This document shows positions 26,022-36,462 of a stretch of 64,000 nt of DNA, piece by piece; position 1 is the stretch's first letter; each line of letters begins with the position of its first letter. Origin of the DNA: Thermoplasmata archaeon (GTDB lineage: Archaea > Thermoplasmatota > Thermoplasmata > Lutacidiplasmatales > UBA184). A program made the translations under genes and the position numbers. Below the pieces are notes generated by a model that was not told the origin of the DNA, did not search any database, and worked only from the letters and a program-made list of their open reading frames with translations. The stretch is from the NCBI GenBank assembly GCA_021796385.1, contig JAJYXQ010000043.1, positions 2,202-66,201 on the forward strand, read 5' to 3'.

Positions 26022-26981
26022 ATGCCGCAGGAAGTCATCGTTGCGCGGGGCCTTCGTCAGTCGTATGACGGGAAGCGGTTTGCGCTGAACGGTGTGGACC
26101 TCTCAGTCCACAAAGGGGAGGTGTTCGGCCTCTTGGGCAAGAATGGAGCAGGCAAGACCACGCTCATCAAGGTTATGACGACCTTGATCCGGGCCTCTTC
26201 TGGCGAGCTCCAGATCCTCGGGATGGATCCGGTCCACCGCGGCAAAGAGATCCGGAGCCGGATTGGGGTCGTGCAACAGGGCGAATCATTTGATTTCACC
26301 TCGGTCGAGGGAAACTTGGATATCTACGGCGTGCTCTGGGGTGTCCCCAAGGGTCTTCGTCAGCAAAGGCGCGAGGAGCTCCTCCATCGCTTCGAGATCG
26401 AGGATATCCGGAAGGAACGCTCGTTCGATCTCTCTGGCGGTCAGAAGCGACGCGTACAGGTGGCCCGGGAGTTCATGCACGATATGGACATTCTTTTCCT
26501 GGACGAACCGACCGTGGGATTGGATGTGATCATGCGCCGCAAGCTCCTCGATTCGATCCGAGAACAGGTCCGTGGGGGGCTCACCGTCCTTTTCACCACC
26601 CACAATCTGGAGGAGGCAGACTATCTTTGCGATCGGGTCGCCGTGATCGATTCGGGGCGGATCCTAGTCAATGATACCCTCGAGAACCTCAAACGTCGCT
26701 ACGGCGGAAAGCGTACTATCGAGGTCACCGTCGCACTATCCGACGCCGAAGCGTACTTCGAGGCCCTTAGGCACCGCCTCTCCGACCAAGCATCCGTCCG
26801 ACGCGAGGGGGGATCCGGGCTCATTTTGACCTCCGACGTGCGGGGGGCATTAGGGCATATCACGGAGTTGGCCTCCGCTCAGGGAGCCCAGATCGAATGG
26901 CTCAACGTCCGCAAGAACACACTGGAAGACGTGTTCCTCAAAACAGTCACCCACCCCCCGGAGAATGATGGCGCTGCCTAA
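26022..26981 (+). CDS. ABC transporter ATP-binding protein (ABC-2/DrrA-like)
   Basis: Walker A GKNGAGKTT; ABC signature LSGGQKRR; Walker B ILFLDEPT. Confidence 0.9.
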   Translation: MPQEVIVARGLRQSYDGKRFALNGVDLSVHKGEVFGLLGKNGAGKTTLIKVMTTLIRASSGELQILGMDPVHRGKEIRSRIGVVQQGESFDFTSVEGNLDIYGVLWGVPKGLRQQRREELLHRFEIEDIRKERSFDLSGGQKRRVQVAREFMHDMDILFLDEPTVGLDVIMRRKLLDSIREQVRGGLTVLFTTHNLEEADYLCDRVAVIDSGRILVNDTLENLKRRYGGKRTIEVTVALSDAEAYFEALRHRLSDQASVRREGGSGLILTSDVRGALGHITELASAQGAQIEWLNVRKNTLEDVFLKTVTHPPENDGAA

Positions 26982-27735
26982 CCTGTTCCGGTTGATATAC
27001 CGTAACTTCCGGGTCAACACGGATCCCGGCTCCTTGGTCATCCTTATCGGCCTACCCGCACTTTACCTCGTCTTCTTCGGGTTCGGTTTCTCCTCCTTTG
27101 CCGGGGGTGGGACGGGAAATGCGTCCTACCTTGCCTTTCTCACACCCGGCATCATGGCCTTTCAAGTGGTCATGGCGGGTACGGTAGGGGGAAGCATTCT
27201 TTGGTCCGATCGCCGATGGGGTATGCTGGCCCAGCTCCTTTTGGGGCCGTTCACCCGGCTCGAATACCTCCTCGGGATCATGCTCACATCGGTCATCCTT
27301 GGACTCTTCGGGGCCATCATCATGCTCTTGGTCGCCCTCGGTCTGCTTGGATCCGTTCCCGTGACATTGACAGGATTCCTGATCATCTTAGGGGTGCTTA
27401 CCGTTGGGTCCCTGCTTTTCGGGTCCATCATGCTCATCATCGCCGCCCTTGTGAAGTCGAGCAATGCCTACAATAGCATCCAAGTCCTCATCATATTCGT
27501 GGTCAATTTTGCCAGCACAGTCTTTTACCCCTTCAGCCCCAAGCTCCCAACCCTTATCCAAGCCCTTTTCGATGTCAACCCCCTCACATACGTGGCGGAC
27601 ATAGTGAGGTCCTCCTACTTCGGCACGCTAGGAAGCGTAGACCTCAGCTACTTTATTGTCCTGGCTTCCAGTACCCTTGTGCTCCTCTACCTGGCAACCC
27701 GGACGTACATGCGTTCGGATGTCTCCATGGACTGA
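26965..27735 (+). CDS. ABC-2 family transporter permease
   Basis: 256 aa with six predicted TM helices; overlaps the ATPase gene. Confidence 0.8.
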   Translation: MMALPNLFRLIYRNFRVNTDPGSLVILIGLPALYLVFFGFGFSSFAGGGTGNASYLAFLTPGIMAFQVVMAGTVGGSILWSDRRWGMLAQLLLGPFTRLEYLLGIMLTSVILGLFGAIIMLLVALGLLGSVPVTLTGFLIILGVLTVGSLLFGSIMLIIAALVKSSNAYNSIQVLIIFVVNFASTVFYPFSPKLPTLIQALFDVNPLTYVADIVRSSYFGTLGSVDLSYFIVLASSTLVLLYLATRTYMRSDVSMD

Positions 27736-27885
27736 TCTGACGGTGAGAGGGGTTTGATCGCTCGGCTGTACGCCGGCGCGCTCTTTCGAGGTACTCAGGG
27801 AACTCCCGCTCGATTCAAGGTTGAAGCTTCACGGATCCTTACGACGGACGACACATTGGCCCGTGTCCATGTCACGCACCCAAGG

Positions 27886-30084
27886 TTAGGGATGCAGGGT
27901 TGCGAGGTATCCGACCAGATTGTTCGACACTACGAGGTAAACGAAGAGGATGCTGATGGTATTGACCACCTTGATGAGAGGGTTGATGGCTGGTCCTGCC
28001 GTGTCCTTTGTCGCATCACCAACAGTATCACCAACGACCGCGGCCTTGTGGGCGTCCGAACCCTTGCCTCCATAGTGACCCTGTTCGATCCACTTCTTCC
28101 CATTGTCCCAAGCGCCCCCACCCACGGTCATGAAGATGGCGAGCGGGAGTCCCGAAAGGATGACACCGAACAAGAGACCGCTCACCGCAACCGGTCCGAG
28201 TAGAAAGCCCACGGCCAACGGAGTCACCACTGCGATGATCGCGGGGGCCACGAGTTCGTTGATCGCAGTGCGGGTGACAATGTCTACACAAGGGCCGTAC
28301 TCGGGACGCCCCGACCCGTCCATGATCCCCTTGATCGTGCGGAACTGCCGACGGACCTCTTCCACGACGGCCTGGGCGGCTGTCCCGACCGCGCGCATCA
28401 GAAATGCGGTGAAGAAGAAGGGCAACATCGCACCAATGATGAGTCCGATGATCACGAGGGGCTGGTTCACCGCCAGTTGTTCCAATTGGGTGGCTCCCGC
28501 AGCCGGGAATGCCGCCTGATAGTAGGCAGCAAAGAGCACGAGGGCGGCCAACGCGGCGGATCCCACGGCGTACCCCTTCGTCACGGCTTTCGTGGTGTTC
28601 CCGACGGCGTCCAGCGGGTCGGTGATCTCACGGGCCTCCTTGGGCAACGCGGACATCTCTGCAATCCCTCCGGCATTGTCGGTAATCGGCCCGAAGGCAT
28701 CGATGGAGATGATCATTCCTGTGGCTGAGAGCATCGATGCGGCCGCAAGTCCGATCCCATAGAGACCAAAGTCTCCGGCACCAGCGGCCGTAGGTGCATA
28801 GAGATACATGACCCCATAAGCGGCGATGATACCACCGACGATTGCCAGGGCAGGTATCAGGACGGCTTCGAGCCCTACACTCATGCCTTGGATCACCACG
28901 GGTCCCGCCCCACGCTGGGCCGACTCCGCGATGGTGTTCACGGGGCGCCGGCCAGTGCTCGTGTAGAAGTCCGTTGAGAACACGATGACGAGCATCACGA
29001 TAAGGCCGGTGGTGCTCGCTACGAAGACCGCTCCCCATTCGGGGGCCATGAATATGTATGAGAGGATTGCAAGGCCGATCACTCCGACCACTACAGTCGC
29101 AATGAGTCCCTTGTACAGGGCACCCATGATAGAGCCCCCCTGACTCATGCGCACGAAGGGGAAGGCCACTATGGTCGCAACGATGGACCAGGCCGAAACG
29201 ATCAGCGGGAAAAGTATGGCCCAGGGAAGGTAGCTTGTGACGTCCTTCAAAAAGAAGGCAAGAAGCATCGTCGAGACCGCGGTGACCACATAGGTCTCGA
29301 ACAGGTCGGCGGCCATTCCGGCGCAATCCCCGACATTGTCCCCCACGTTGTCCGCGATGACGGCCGGGTTCCGCGGGTCATCTTCAGGGATCCCTGCCTC
29401 GACCTTGCCGACAAGGTCTGCTCCCACATCCGCTCCCTTGGTGTAGATTCCCCCACCGACCCGGGCGAAGAGGCTCATCAGCGAGGCGCCAAAGATAAAG
29501 CCCGCCATCTCCAGTATGTTTCCCTGGAAGCCTATGTAGAACCCAATCAGTCCTAGTAAGGCGAATCCTGCAACGGAAAGACCAGTCACGGAACCGCTCA
29601 TGAAGGCAAACCGCATGGCGGCGTCGAGCCCCCGCTCATGGGCCGTTTTGCGAGCTTCTTCGGAAGATCCTTTGACGGACCCCTCGTCGAACTTGCCCTG
29701 TTCCCGAGCCACGTTCGCTGTTCGAACATTCGCCCGGACACTAACATACATTCCGAGGTAGCCTGCTAAGGCGCTCCCGATCGCCCCGGCAACAAAGCCG
29801 AGAGCCATGTGAGCGCTGAAGAAAGTGTCCCCGTGGGATGCCCCGTACTCGTAGAGCCCCCCCAGGATCAGTACCGCTATGATGGCACCGACCACTGCGA
29901 CTGTCTTGTATTCTCGGGCCAGGAAGGCTTCGGCACCCTCCCGGATGGCCTTTGAGATTTCCCGCATCCGGTCGGTTCCCTCGTCTTCTTGAAAGACCCG
30001 GTAGGTCTCATATCCGGCGAACCCGAGGGCAAGCATCGCGGCAAGGAAGACAAACAGCTCCACGATCGGCACTGGAAGGGTCAT
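27886..30084 (-). CDS. hppA: membrane-bound proton/sodium-translocating pyrophosphatase
   Basis: 732 aa; hallmark motifs GADVGADLVGKVE, DNVGDNVGDCAGMAADLFE and GGAWDNGKK. Confidence 0.95.
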   Translation of the reverse strand: MTLPVPIVELFVFLAAMLALGFAGYETYRVFQEDEGTDRMREISKAIREGAEAFLAREYKTVAVVGAIIAVLILGGLYEYGASHGDTFFSAHMALGFVAGAIGSALAGYLGMYVSVRANVRTANVAREQGKFDEGSVKGSSEEARKTAHERGLDAAMRFAFMSGSVTGLSVAGFALLGLIGFYIGFQGNILEMAGFIFGASLMSLFARVGGGIYTKGADVGADLVGKVEAGIPEDDPRNPAVIADNVGDNVGDCAGMAADLFETYVVTAVSTMLLAFFLKDVTSYLPWAILFPLIVSAWSIVATIVAFPFVRMSQGGSIMGALYKGLIATVVVGVIGLAILSYIFMAPEWGAVFVASTTGLIVMLVIVFSTDFYTSTGRRPVNTIAESAQRGAGPVVIQGMSVGLEAVLIPALAIVGGIIAAYGVMYLYAPTAAGAGDFGLYGIGLAAASMLSATGMIISIDAFGPITDNAGGIAEMSALPKEAREITDPLDAVGNTTKAVTKGYAVGSAALAALVLFAAYYQAAFPAAGATQLEQLAVNQPLVIIGLIIGAMLPFFFTAFLMRAVGTAAQAVVEEVRRQFRTIKGIMDGSGRPEYGPCVDIVTRTAINELVAPAIIAVVTPLAVGFLLGPVAVSGLLFGVILSGLPLAIFMTVGGGAWDNGKKWIEQGHYGGKGSDAHKAAVVGDTVGDATKDTAGPAINPLIKVVNTISILFVYLVVSNNLVGYLATLHP

Positions 30085-30599
30085 TTTTCACCGGTTGACG
30101 TTCCCCTCAGGGCACTTCCAGTACGTTTTAACGTTTCCACTTCGGCCCCCATGTGACGGCGGATGCCAAAAATCAGGAACGCAAGCAAGCCGTCCACAAG
30201 GAAGGTCGCAAGATAGAACGCATAGTGGTCCTGGGTCAGGAAGAACGTAAGACCGGTCAGGCTGGAAGTGATCTTCAGTACTAGCAGGATATTGAGATAC
30301 GGTGCAGGTTCGGTAGGCTCCCGCCCCGCCGCAAAGGAACAGGCGGCCGCCCCGATCATATAGGCTAAGGTGAAGATAAGCCAGCCGCCAAAGGAATCCT
30401 CCAAGTGGTCCGAGGGGGGTTGTGGCAGTCCTAAGTTCGCTCCCAACTGCCCGATGGTCTGGGCGGCGGACATCGGATAGACCACATACAAGAACCCGAA
30501 GAGAAGGAAAATGGTCCCCAGGGCATATAGCAGCAGGGATGAGGTACGGCAGATCGGGAACCAGCCTATTCCCGACGCCCTCGTTACTTCGTCTGTCAC
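30081..30599 (-). CDS. small integral membrane protein (about 4 TM)
   Basis: GTG start at 30599 overlaps the GMC oxidoreductase stop (GTGA); ATGA overlap with the hppA start; hydrophobic helices (LLLYALGTIFLLFGFLYVVYP and others). Confidence 0.5.
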   Translation of the reverse strand: MTDEVTRASGIGWFPICRTSSLLLYALGTIFLLFGFLYVVYPMSAAQTIGQLGANLGLPQPPSDHLEDSFGGWLIFTLAYMIGAAACSFAAGREPTEPAPYLNILLVLKITSSLTGLTFFLTQDHYAFYLATFLVDGLLAFLIFGIRRHMGAEVETLKRTGSALRGTSTGEK

Positions 30600-32512
30600 G
30601 GGGTCCACTCCTTCGCCCAGAGTTCCGCATTGCGCTCCGCTAGGCCAATGATACTGATCATAGGGTTGACTTGTGGAGAGCCGGGCAGCATGCTCGCATC
30701 CGACACCGCGAGTCCATCCTCTCCCCATACGAGACCCCGGTCATCGGTCATGCCTAACTCCGCCTCCCCCGCCATTCGTGCCGTTCCGAGCGGGTGGAAC
30801 GCGAACAAGTGAAGGCTTTCTCGGGGAAGGGGGTCGGCCTCGAAACCGGCGATGTCACCCGGACGGTCAATGGACCGGCCCGCCCCAATGGGAAGGAAGA
30901 CATGCCGGGCTCCGGCAGCCAAAAGGACCCGGGCCGAGAGCGCCATGGCCTCCCGTATACGCTCGATGTCCCCGGGGTTTAAGCTATAGGATATCCAAGG
31001 GTGCCCGGAAGTCTCCGTTATGAGCTGGCCCTCTGAATCCTCGCTCACCATACCGCCGACGATCGCCCATCGATGAAGCAAGGAGAGATAATCCTTGTAC
31101 TCCCGCCCGATTCGCGGAGTGAGACCGGCCGTACTGAGTATCCCTCGAGGCTGAAAGGTGGCCTCTAGCAGGATCTTGGGGTCATCCCCCCGTATGAAGT
31201 AGGACTGGAGCACCCCTTCCCACCCATGGACCTCTTCCGACATTTCCCCCGCCACCTCAAACGAAGGATGGATACGGAGATGTCGGCCGCAATGGGAGCG
31301 GGAGCGCCGAAGTCCGCGCCCGGAGAGTAGAGTCGGTGTGTGTAAGGCACCACCCGCCACCACAAGCCATCGAGCCCGGACGGCCACGTTCGCGCCCGGG
31401 GAGGATTCCCCCTTACCTCCTCCAAAGCGCGCTCGTACTTCCCAACGGAACTTGCCTTCCCGGATAGGGCGAACGTTTCGGACACGACAACCCGAAATGA
31501 TCCGGGCACCCCGTGCGAGGGCCTCTGGAAGGTACGATAGCGCCATGCTTCGCTTGGCATCCCTTGGACAACCGATCACGCATTCATCCGACCCACGACA
31601 CCCCGGGGCGGGACGCGGGATGACACCATGTTCCCTCACGCCTAACGCATCGGCCCCTTTCTTCATGGCCCGGGCGTTCCCCCCCAAGATATCCCAAGTC
31701 GGGATCCCGACTCCCAACGTCTTCTCGGCCCGCTCGAAAAACGGGGCCAATCGTTCCGGAGAGAAGGAATGCAATGCAAGATCCGAAGCCCAACGGCGCA
31801 CCACGGTGTCTGGAGGTCGAAAACAGCTTCCGGAATTGAAAACCGTGGTGCCACCGACCGCGCTCGCTTCCACCACGGACACCACCGGTCGACCGAGGGT
31901 GGTCAGCAAACCCGCCCCCCGGTAGTGCCTTGCCATTCTGGCTAACGGAGGTCCACGGAAATCCGCTCGGTTGTACGGGTTTCCTTCCTCTAAGATAAGC
32001 ACTCGGAGGCCCGATGCTGCCAGAACCTTGGCTGCCGGAGCCCCGCCCGCACCACTTCCGATGATACAGACGTCGCAATCACGATTGGCGGCGACGCTGA
32101 CTTCCCCTATGGACTGGGTAGGCAGGCGGGGAGCGGGGGGTCCCAGGTCAGACAGCGGAGGCCCGCGGATCCCCAGAGCGGACCGCACCGAATCCCGAGA
32201 AGTGTAGGCCCCCTCAATGAGATGGCGAAGAAGTTGGACAAGGGCCCCCGGAATCCCCCCCTGTGCCCCCATCGACGTCAAGTGCTCCTCAGCCGCGCGG
32301 GCCGGCAAGGAGCTCAAGCGCGCGCCATGCGACGAAAAGAAGGCGGAAAGGTCGACGGCCCAGACGGCTCCGTGTACGAGCGACCTCGAGATAGGGTCTG
32401 CCTCCAAGAGAAGGCGTTCTATTTCCTGTGGTACCCCTTCGTCCATCGCACCCGATGGGACGAACCCCCCCGGAGGGATCAGGGTGTCTGCGATCTTTTC
32501 AAGAGGGTTCAT
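30596..32512 (-). CDS. GMC-family FAD oxidoreductase fused to an N-terminal Gluconate_2-dh3-like domain
   Basis: Rossmann DCDVCIIGSGAGGAPAAKVLAASGLRVLILEEG and a GMC C-terminal domain; the N-terminal ~130 aa ADTLIPPGGFVPSGAMDEGVPQEIERLL resembles the gluconate 2-dehydrogenase subunit-3 family. Confidence 0.85.
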   Translation of the reverse strand: MNPLEKIADTLIPPGGFVPSGAMDEGVPQEIERLLLEADPISRSLVHGAVWAVDLSAFFSSHGARLSSLPARAAEEHLTSMGAQGGIPGALVQLLRHLIEGAYTSRDSVRSALGIRGPPLSDLGPPAPRLPTQSIGEVSVAANRDCDVCIIGSGAGGAPAAKVLAASGLRVLILEEGNPYNRADFRGPPLARMARHYRGAGLLTTLGRPVVSVVEASAVGGTTVFNSGSCFRPPDTVVRRWASDLALHSFSPERLAPFFERAEKTLGVGIPTWDILGGNARAMKKGADALGVREHGVIPRPAPGCRGSDECVIGCPRDAKRSMALSYLPEALARGARIISGCRVRNVRPIREGKFRWEVRARFGGGKGESSPGANVAVRARWLVVAGGALHTPTLLSGRGLRRSRSHCGRHLRIHPSFEVAGEMSEEVHGWEGVLQSYFIRGDDPKILLEATFQPRGILSTAGLTPRIGREYKDYLSLLHRWAIVGGMVSEDSEGQLITETSGHPWISYSLNPGDIERIREAMALSARVLLAAGARHVFLPIGAGRSIDRPGDIAGFEADPLPRESLHLFAFHPLGTARMAGEAELGMTDDRGLVWGEDGLAVSDASMLPGSPQVNPMISIIGLAERNAELWAKEWTP

Positions 32513-32994
32513 CGGCCGTCCGACTCGAGTAACTTCTTGAGCTCAAGCAAAGACTCCTGGGTTTCCCTCCGCACCCGGGAGCGCAGGAAAAGCCAATCGA
32601 TCAAACTACCGAGTGGACCATATGGGAGCACATAGTGCAGCCTGAACCGCATTCCACTGAACGCCCCTCTAGGCTCGATTTCGCAATGGTCTTCAAACTC
32701 GCGGAAAGGCGGCAGGGGAAGCTCTTTCCCTTCTGCTCGCCGTCCGGTCACCATCCGGTCCGTGAAGCGGTGTGGAGGAGCCCACTCTGTCACCTCTTGG
32801 ACCCAGCCGAAATCCTTCCGACCGAGATGGGCATGGACCTCAAGCAAGGTCCCTACCCGGATCGGCGTGGGGGTGAGATGACGCCCGACCTTTATCGAAC
32901 GATGCCAGCGGGGGGCATTCTCCCCATTGGAGACAAAGGCAAAGACCTTCTCCGGAGGAGCGCGGATTTCGGTGGTAAACGCTAGGCTCCCCAC
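32509..32994 (-). CDS. SRPBCC (START/polyketide-cyclase-like) domain protein
   Basis: 161 aa; EIRAPPEKVFAFVSNGENAPRWHRSI is typical of Polyketide_cyc2/SRPBCC; its 4-nt overlap with the GMC gene start suggests co-transcription. Confidence 0.6.
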   Translation of the reverse strand: MGSLAFTTEIRAPPEKVFAFVSNGENAPRWHRSIKVGRHLTPTPIRVGTLLEVHAHLGRKDFGWVQEVTEWAPPHRFTDRMVTGRRAEGKELPLPPFREFEDHCEIEPRGAFSGMRFRLHYVLPYGPLGSLIDWLFLRSRVRRETQESLLELKKLLESDGR

Positions 32995-33005
32995 GTCTTC
33001 AAAGC

Positions 33006-33329
33006 CTACTGGATCGCCTTCCTCAGATCTTCAATGTCCTTATCTGAAAGTCCCTTCAAACTGGCGCCATCCCGGCGCCAAAAGACCCCGCCATCTCGAA
33101 ACACGACGACCGTAGGTATCACATCCAGATGGAAGGCATTCCACAAGGGGTCATCTGTATCAGACACATCTGCCCATGCCGTTGTGCCTTCGAGCGTTCC
33201 CTCTTGCTTCTCGTATCGTCGTCGGAAATCCCGGCAATAGGGACACCACTCCGCCCCGAATGCAACGATCCATTGCCCGTCCCGAAGAAGTCGATCTTCC
33301 GAGAAATCCGCACGGCTCAGGTTCTGCAT
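33006..33329 (-). CDS. thioredoxin-like protein (WCPYC active site)
   Basis: IVAFGAEWCPYCRDF; 107 aa. Confidence 0.75.
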   Translation of the reverse strand: MQNLSRADFSEDRLLRDGQWIVAFGAEWCPYCRDFRRRYEKQEGTLEGTTAWADVSDTDDPLWNAFHLDVIPTVVVFRDGGVFWRRDGASLKGLSDKDIEDLRKAIQ

Positions 33330-33884
33330 GGACGTCGGGATGCGATTTCCCTTCTTATCTATTCCTCCCGAACCATTCTATCGTACGGTCGGTCGAGAAC
33401 CAATCCGGACTACCTCGGAGCTATGGTCCGAGGCCCGTGCCGTAATCGAGTATAACGGCCCTTTCCCCCGGGAAGAATCCCAACGAGCGGTACAATATGA
33501 TCGTGGCTGGATTGGATTGTTCTAAAAAGAGCCCATCCTTATGCACCTGCCGGAACTTTTCCCGGAGAAAAGCGGAAGTCACCTGCGTGGCTAGCCTTGA
33601 TGAAGGTACCCTTCCAAGGTCTCCACACCGGTGAGCACACACTTTCCGAGACCCACCCAGATGCATTGGTGGACGATACGGATGCAATTCGCCTTCCCCT
33701 ACGTAATCCATACACCATTTGCCACTGAACGGAACGTCCGGTTCTTCGCCACCGAACGGGCAAAGCCGTCCCTTGAGCGCGGAAGAGGCGCCGGCAAGGT
33801 GAATCGGGTGAGGTCCTCGACATCCTCGGGAACGAGACGGAGTGCATCACCGATAGCCTAAGAGTGGAAGCCCTCCCGGGGGAC

Positions 33885-34262
33885 CTACATCACGATCCCT
33901 GTGTAGTCCCACGTGAGCTCTGGGCGTCGGATTAGGAACTCCCTCAATCCTGCGTCGTCCGAAACTACATGCCGCACATGAGGCAGGTAGTCCATTGGAG
34001 GATGGACTGTTTCCGGTCCTCTGGGGAGATAACACCAAGTCAGGTCATGCTCCGGAAGGGATGAAAGGTGAAGGTACTGGCAGGGCTGATCGTCACAGTG
34101 CACCACGTAGAGCTTCCTTCTATCGGGCGCATCTGACCTGAGGGAGCATACGGGATATTGGCCGCGGACTGGGTCAGAAAGATGGTATGAAAGGTTTCCG
34201 GGACCGAGTTCGGCGACCTGGATCAAATCTACGTCATGAATAATGCGAACGCCGGAGCGCAA
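33885..34262 (-). CDS. hypothetical Cys/His-rich protein (uncertain)
   Basis: 125-aa ORF; together with 33421..33711 it may be a disrupted gene; no family recognised. Confidence 0.2.
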   Translation of the reverse strand: MRSGVRIIHDVDLIQVAELGPGNLSYHLSDPVRGQYPVCSLRSDAPDRRKLYVVHCDDQPCQYLHLSSLPEHDLTWCYLPRGPETVHPPMDYLPHVRHVVSDDAGLREFLIRRPELTWDYTGIVM

Positions 34263-34304
34263 ACCCTGAGACGTCTATATATCATGAGTTGAGGTTTCCC
34301 CTGC

Positions 34305-36314
34305 ATGGTCGCATTCGAACTTGACAAGACCATGTCCCCGCGCGGAGACCAGCCCGAGGCGATACGGGAATTGGTCTCCGGGGTGAAGAGGGGGGAGCCA
34401 TATCAAACCCTCCTCGGGGTAACCGGTTCTGGCAAGACATTCACAATGGCGAACATCATTGCTGCGCTGGATCGGCCGGCACTTGTCATTTCCCCTAACA
34501 AGACCTTGGCCGCGCAACTCACGAGCGAGTTCCGTGCCCTCTTCCCCCAGAACGCCGTGGAGTACTTCGTCAGCTACTATGACTACTACCAGCCAGAGGC
34601 ATATGTTCCTGCCTCGGACCTTTACATCGAGAAGGACGCCTCGGTCAACGCGGAGATTGACCAACTGCGGCACCGAGCGACACAGGCGCTCTTGACTCGG
34701 AGGGATGTGATTGTCGTCGCCTCGGTCAGTTGCATCTACGGGCTTGGTTCCCCGGAGGAATACCGCTCGAGCATCTTGGAGCTGCATACCGGAGATGCCC
34801 TCCCTCGGCGCGAATTGCTGGCCAAACTGGTTTCCATGCGTTACGAACGCAATGATGTCGAACTGGACCGGGGCCGCTTTCGAGTGCTCGGCTCTACCTT
34901 GGAGATCATGGACACGGTCTCCCGGATGTACCGGGCGACGTTCGCAGGAAACGTGCTCGAGACGCTCCATGAAGTGGACCCCACCACGCGCGAGGAACTT
35001 CGCCCATTGACGGCGATCGCTCTTTTCCCGGCAACCCATTTCGTGACGGCATCCGAGAAGCTGGAGAGCATCATCGCCGAGATCCGTACGGAGTTGGGCG
35101 CGCGGGTGAAGGAACTGGTGGACCAGAACAAACCCCTCGAGGCCCAACGCCTCAAGACCCGTACCGAATATGATATCGACATGATTCGGGAAACCGGGTA
35201 CTGCAGTGGCATCGAGAACTACTCTCGATTCTTCTCCGGACGGTCTCCCGGTGAGCCCCCCTTTACCCTTCTCGATTTCTTTCCCGAAGACCGCCTGACG
35301 TTCGTGGACGAGTCTCATGTCACGCTTCCGCAGCTCCGGGGAATGTACGAAGGTGACCGGACCCGGAAGAACAACCTCGTCGACTTCGGGTGGCGGCTGC
35401 CATCGTGCCGCGACAACCGTCCGTTGAAATGGAAGGAGTTCCTAGCTCACACGCCTCAGGCCATTTTCGTGTCGGCCACCCCGGGCCCGCTCGAACTCAA
35501 GCTGAGCCGGACGATCGTAGAGCAGGTCATCCGACCTACGGGGCTCGTGGACCCCCCCATCGAGGTACGACCGTTAAAGGGACACGTGAACGACCTGATC
35601 GAAGAGATCCGCCAGAAGGTGAGTCATGGGGAACGAGCGCTCGTCACCACCCTGACTAAGGTGACAGCGGAAGACTTGGCCGATCATCTGGCGTCCAAGG
35701 ATCTGAAAGTTCGTTACCTTCATTCCGAGGTGGAGACCCTCAAGCGGATCGAGGTGATCCGCGACCTGCGCCTTGGGGTGTTCGATGTCCTTGTCGGGGT
35801 CAACCTCCTCCGAGAGGGGCTGGACCTCCCCGAAGTGGGACTCGTGGCCATCCTCGATGCCGACAAGGAAGGATACCTGCGCTCCGAGACCTCCATCATT
35901 CAAACCGCTGGCCGGGCTTCCCGGAACGTAGACGGGAAGGTGATACTCTACGCGGACCGGCAGACCGGTTCTATGGAACGGGCCATCCGGGAGATGGCGC
36001 GAAGACGTCAGAAGCAGATCGAGTACAACTCGGCCCATGGGATCGTTCCCGCTACGGTGATGAAGGAGGTCCGCGGTCTACTGGCCGAGAACTTGGGGTC
36101 CGCCTCCGGGGAACTCTCGGTCTCGCATCTGGGCAAGTACTGGAAGGACAAGCTGCCCCTGCTCGTAGCGAATCTCGAAGAGGAGATGCGTCTCGCGGCC
36201 GAGGAACTCGATTTTGAGGAGGCCGCCCGCATCCGGGACCGTATTCGCAAGTTGCTGGATTCGGCCAGTCCGGCCTCCCGGCCCCGGGCTCCGGAACGTA
36301 TTTCACGGCCTTAG
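34305..36314 (+). CDS. uvrB: excinuclease ABC subunit B
   Basis: PRGDQPEAIRELVSGVKRGEPYQTLLGVTGSGKTFTMANIIA; helicase motifs; 669 aa. Confidence 0.95.
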   Translation: MVAFELDKTMSPRGDQPEAIRELVSGVKRGEPYQTLLGVTGSGKTFTMANIIAALDRPALVISPNKTLAAQLTSEFRALFPQNAVEYFVSYYDYYQPEAYVPASDLYIEKDASVNAEIDQLRHRATQALLTRRDVIVVASVSCIYGLGSPEEYRSSILELHTGDALPRRELLAKLVSMRYERNDVELDRGRFRVLGSTLEIMDTVSRMYRATFAGNVLETLHEVDPTTREELRPLTAIALFPATHFVTASEKLESIIAEIRTELGARVKELVDQNKPLEAQRLKTRTEYDIDMIRETGYCSGIENYSRFFSGRSPGEPPFTLLDFFPEDRLTFVDESHVTLPQLRGMYEGDRTRKNNLVDFGWRLPSCRDNRPLKWKEFLAHTPQAIFVSATPGPLELKLSRTIVEQVIRPTGLVDPPIEVRPLKGHVNDLIEEIRQKVSHGERALVTTLTKVTAEDLADHLASKDLKVRYLHSEVETLKRIEVIRDLRLGVFDVLVGVNLLREGLDLPEVGLVAILDADKEGYLRSETSIIQTAGRASRNVDGKVILYADRQTGSMERAIREMARRRQKQIEYNSAHGIVPATVMKEVRGLLAENLGSASGELSVSHLGKYWKDKLPLLVANLEEEMRLAAEELDFEEAARIRDRIRKLLDSASPASRPRAPERISRP

Positions 36315-36462
36315 AATGGCAAGCGCAAGAACTATCCCTTTCCTGGATATGCGATCAGCAGCGCACATGGGTCCTTTGCACCAAAAGTCTACGGCTTTCT
36401 CGGGCTCTGTGCCAAGCAGACTGTTCTCATGGACGGAACCCTTGTTGCCTAGGGGGGAATGA

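Noticed and set aside
28103-29326. Plus- and minus-strand ORFs (138 and 232 aa) inside hppA
   Set aside because: Alternate frames of the H+-PPase gene; Arg/Cys-rich nonsense products.
33421-33711. 96-aa minus-strand ORF, possibly the second half of a disrupted Cys/His-rich gene together with 33885..34262
   Set aside because: No family could be recognised for either piece and the ~170-nt gap has no obvious frameshift signature; left as an uncertain region rather than called.
34275-35318. 347-aa minus-strand ORF
   Set aside because: Antisense to uvrB.
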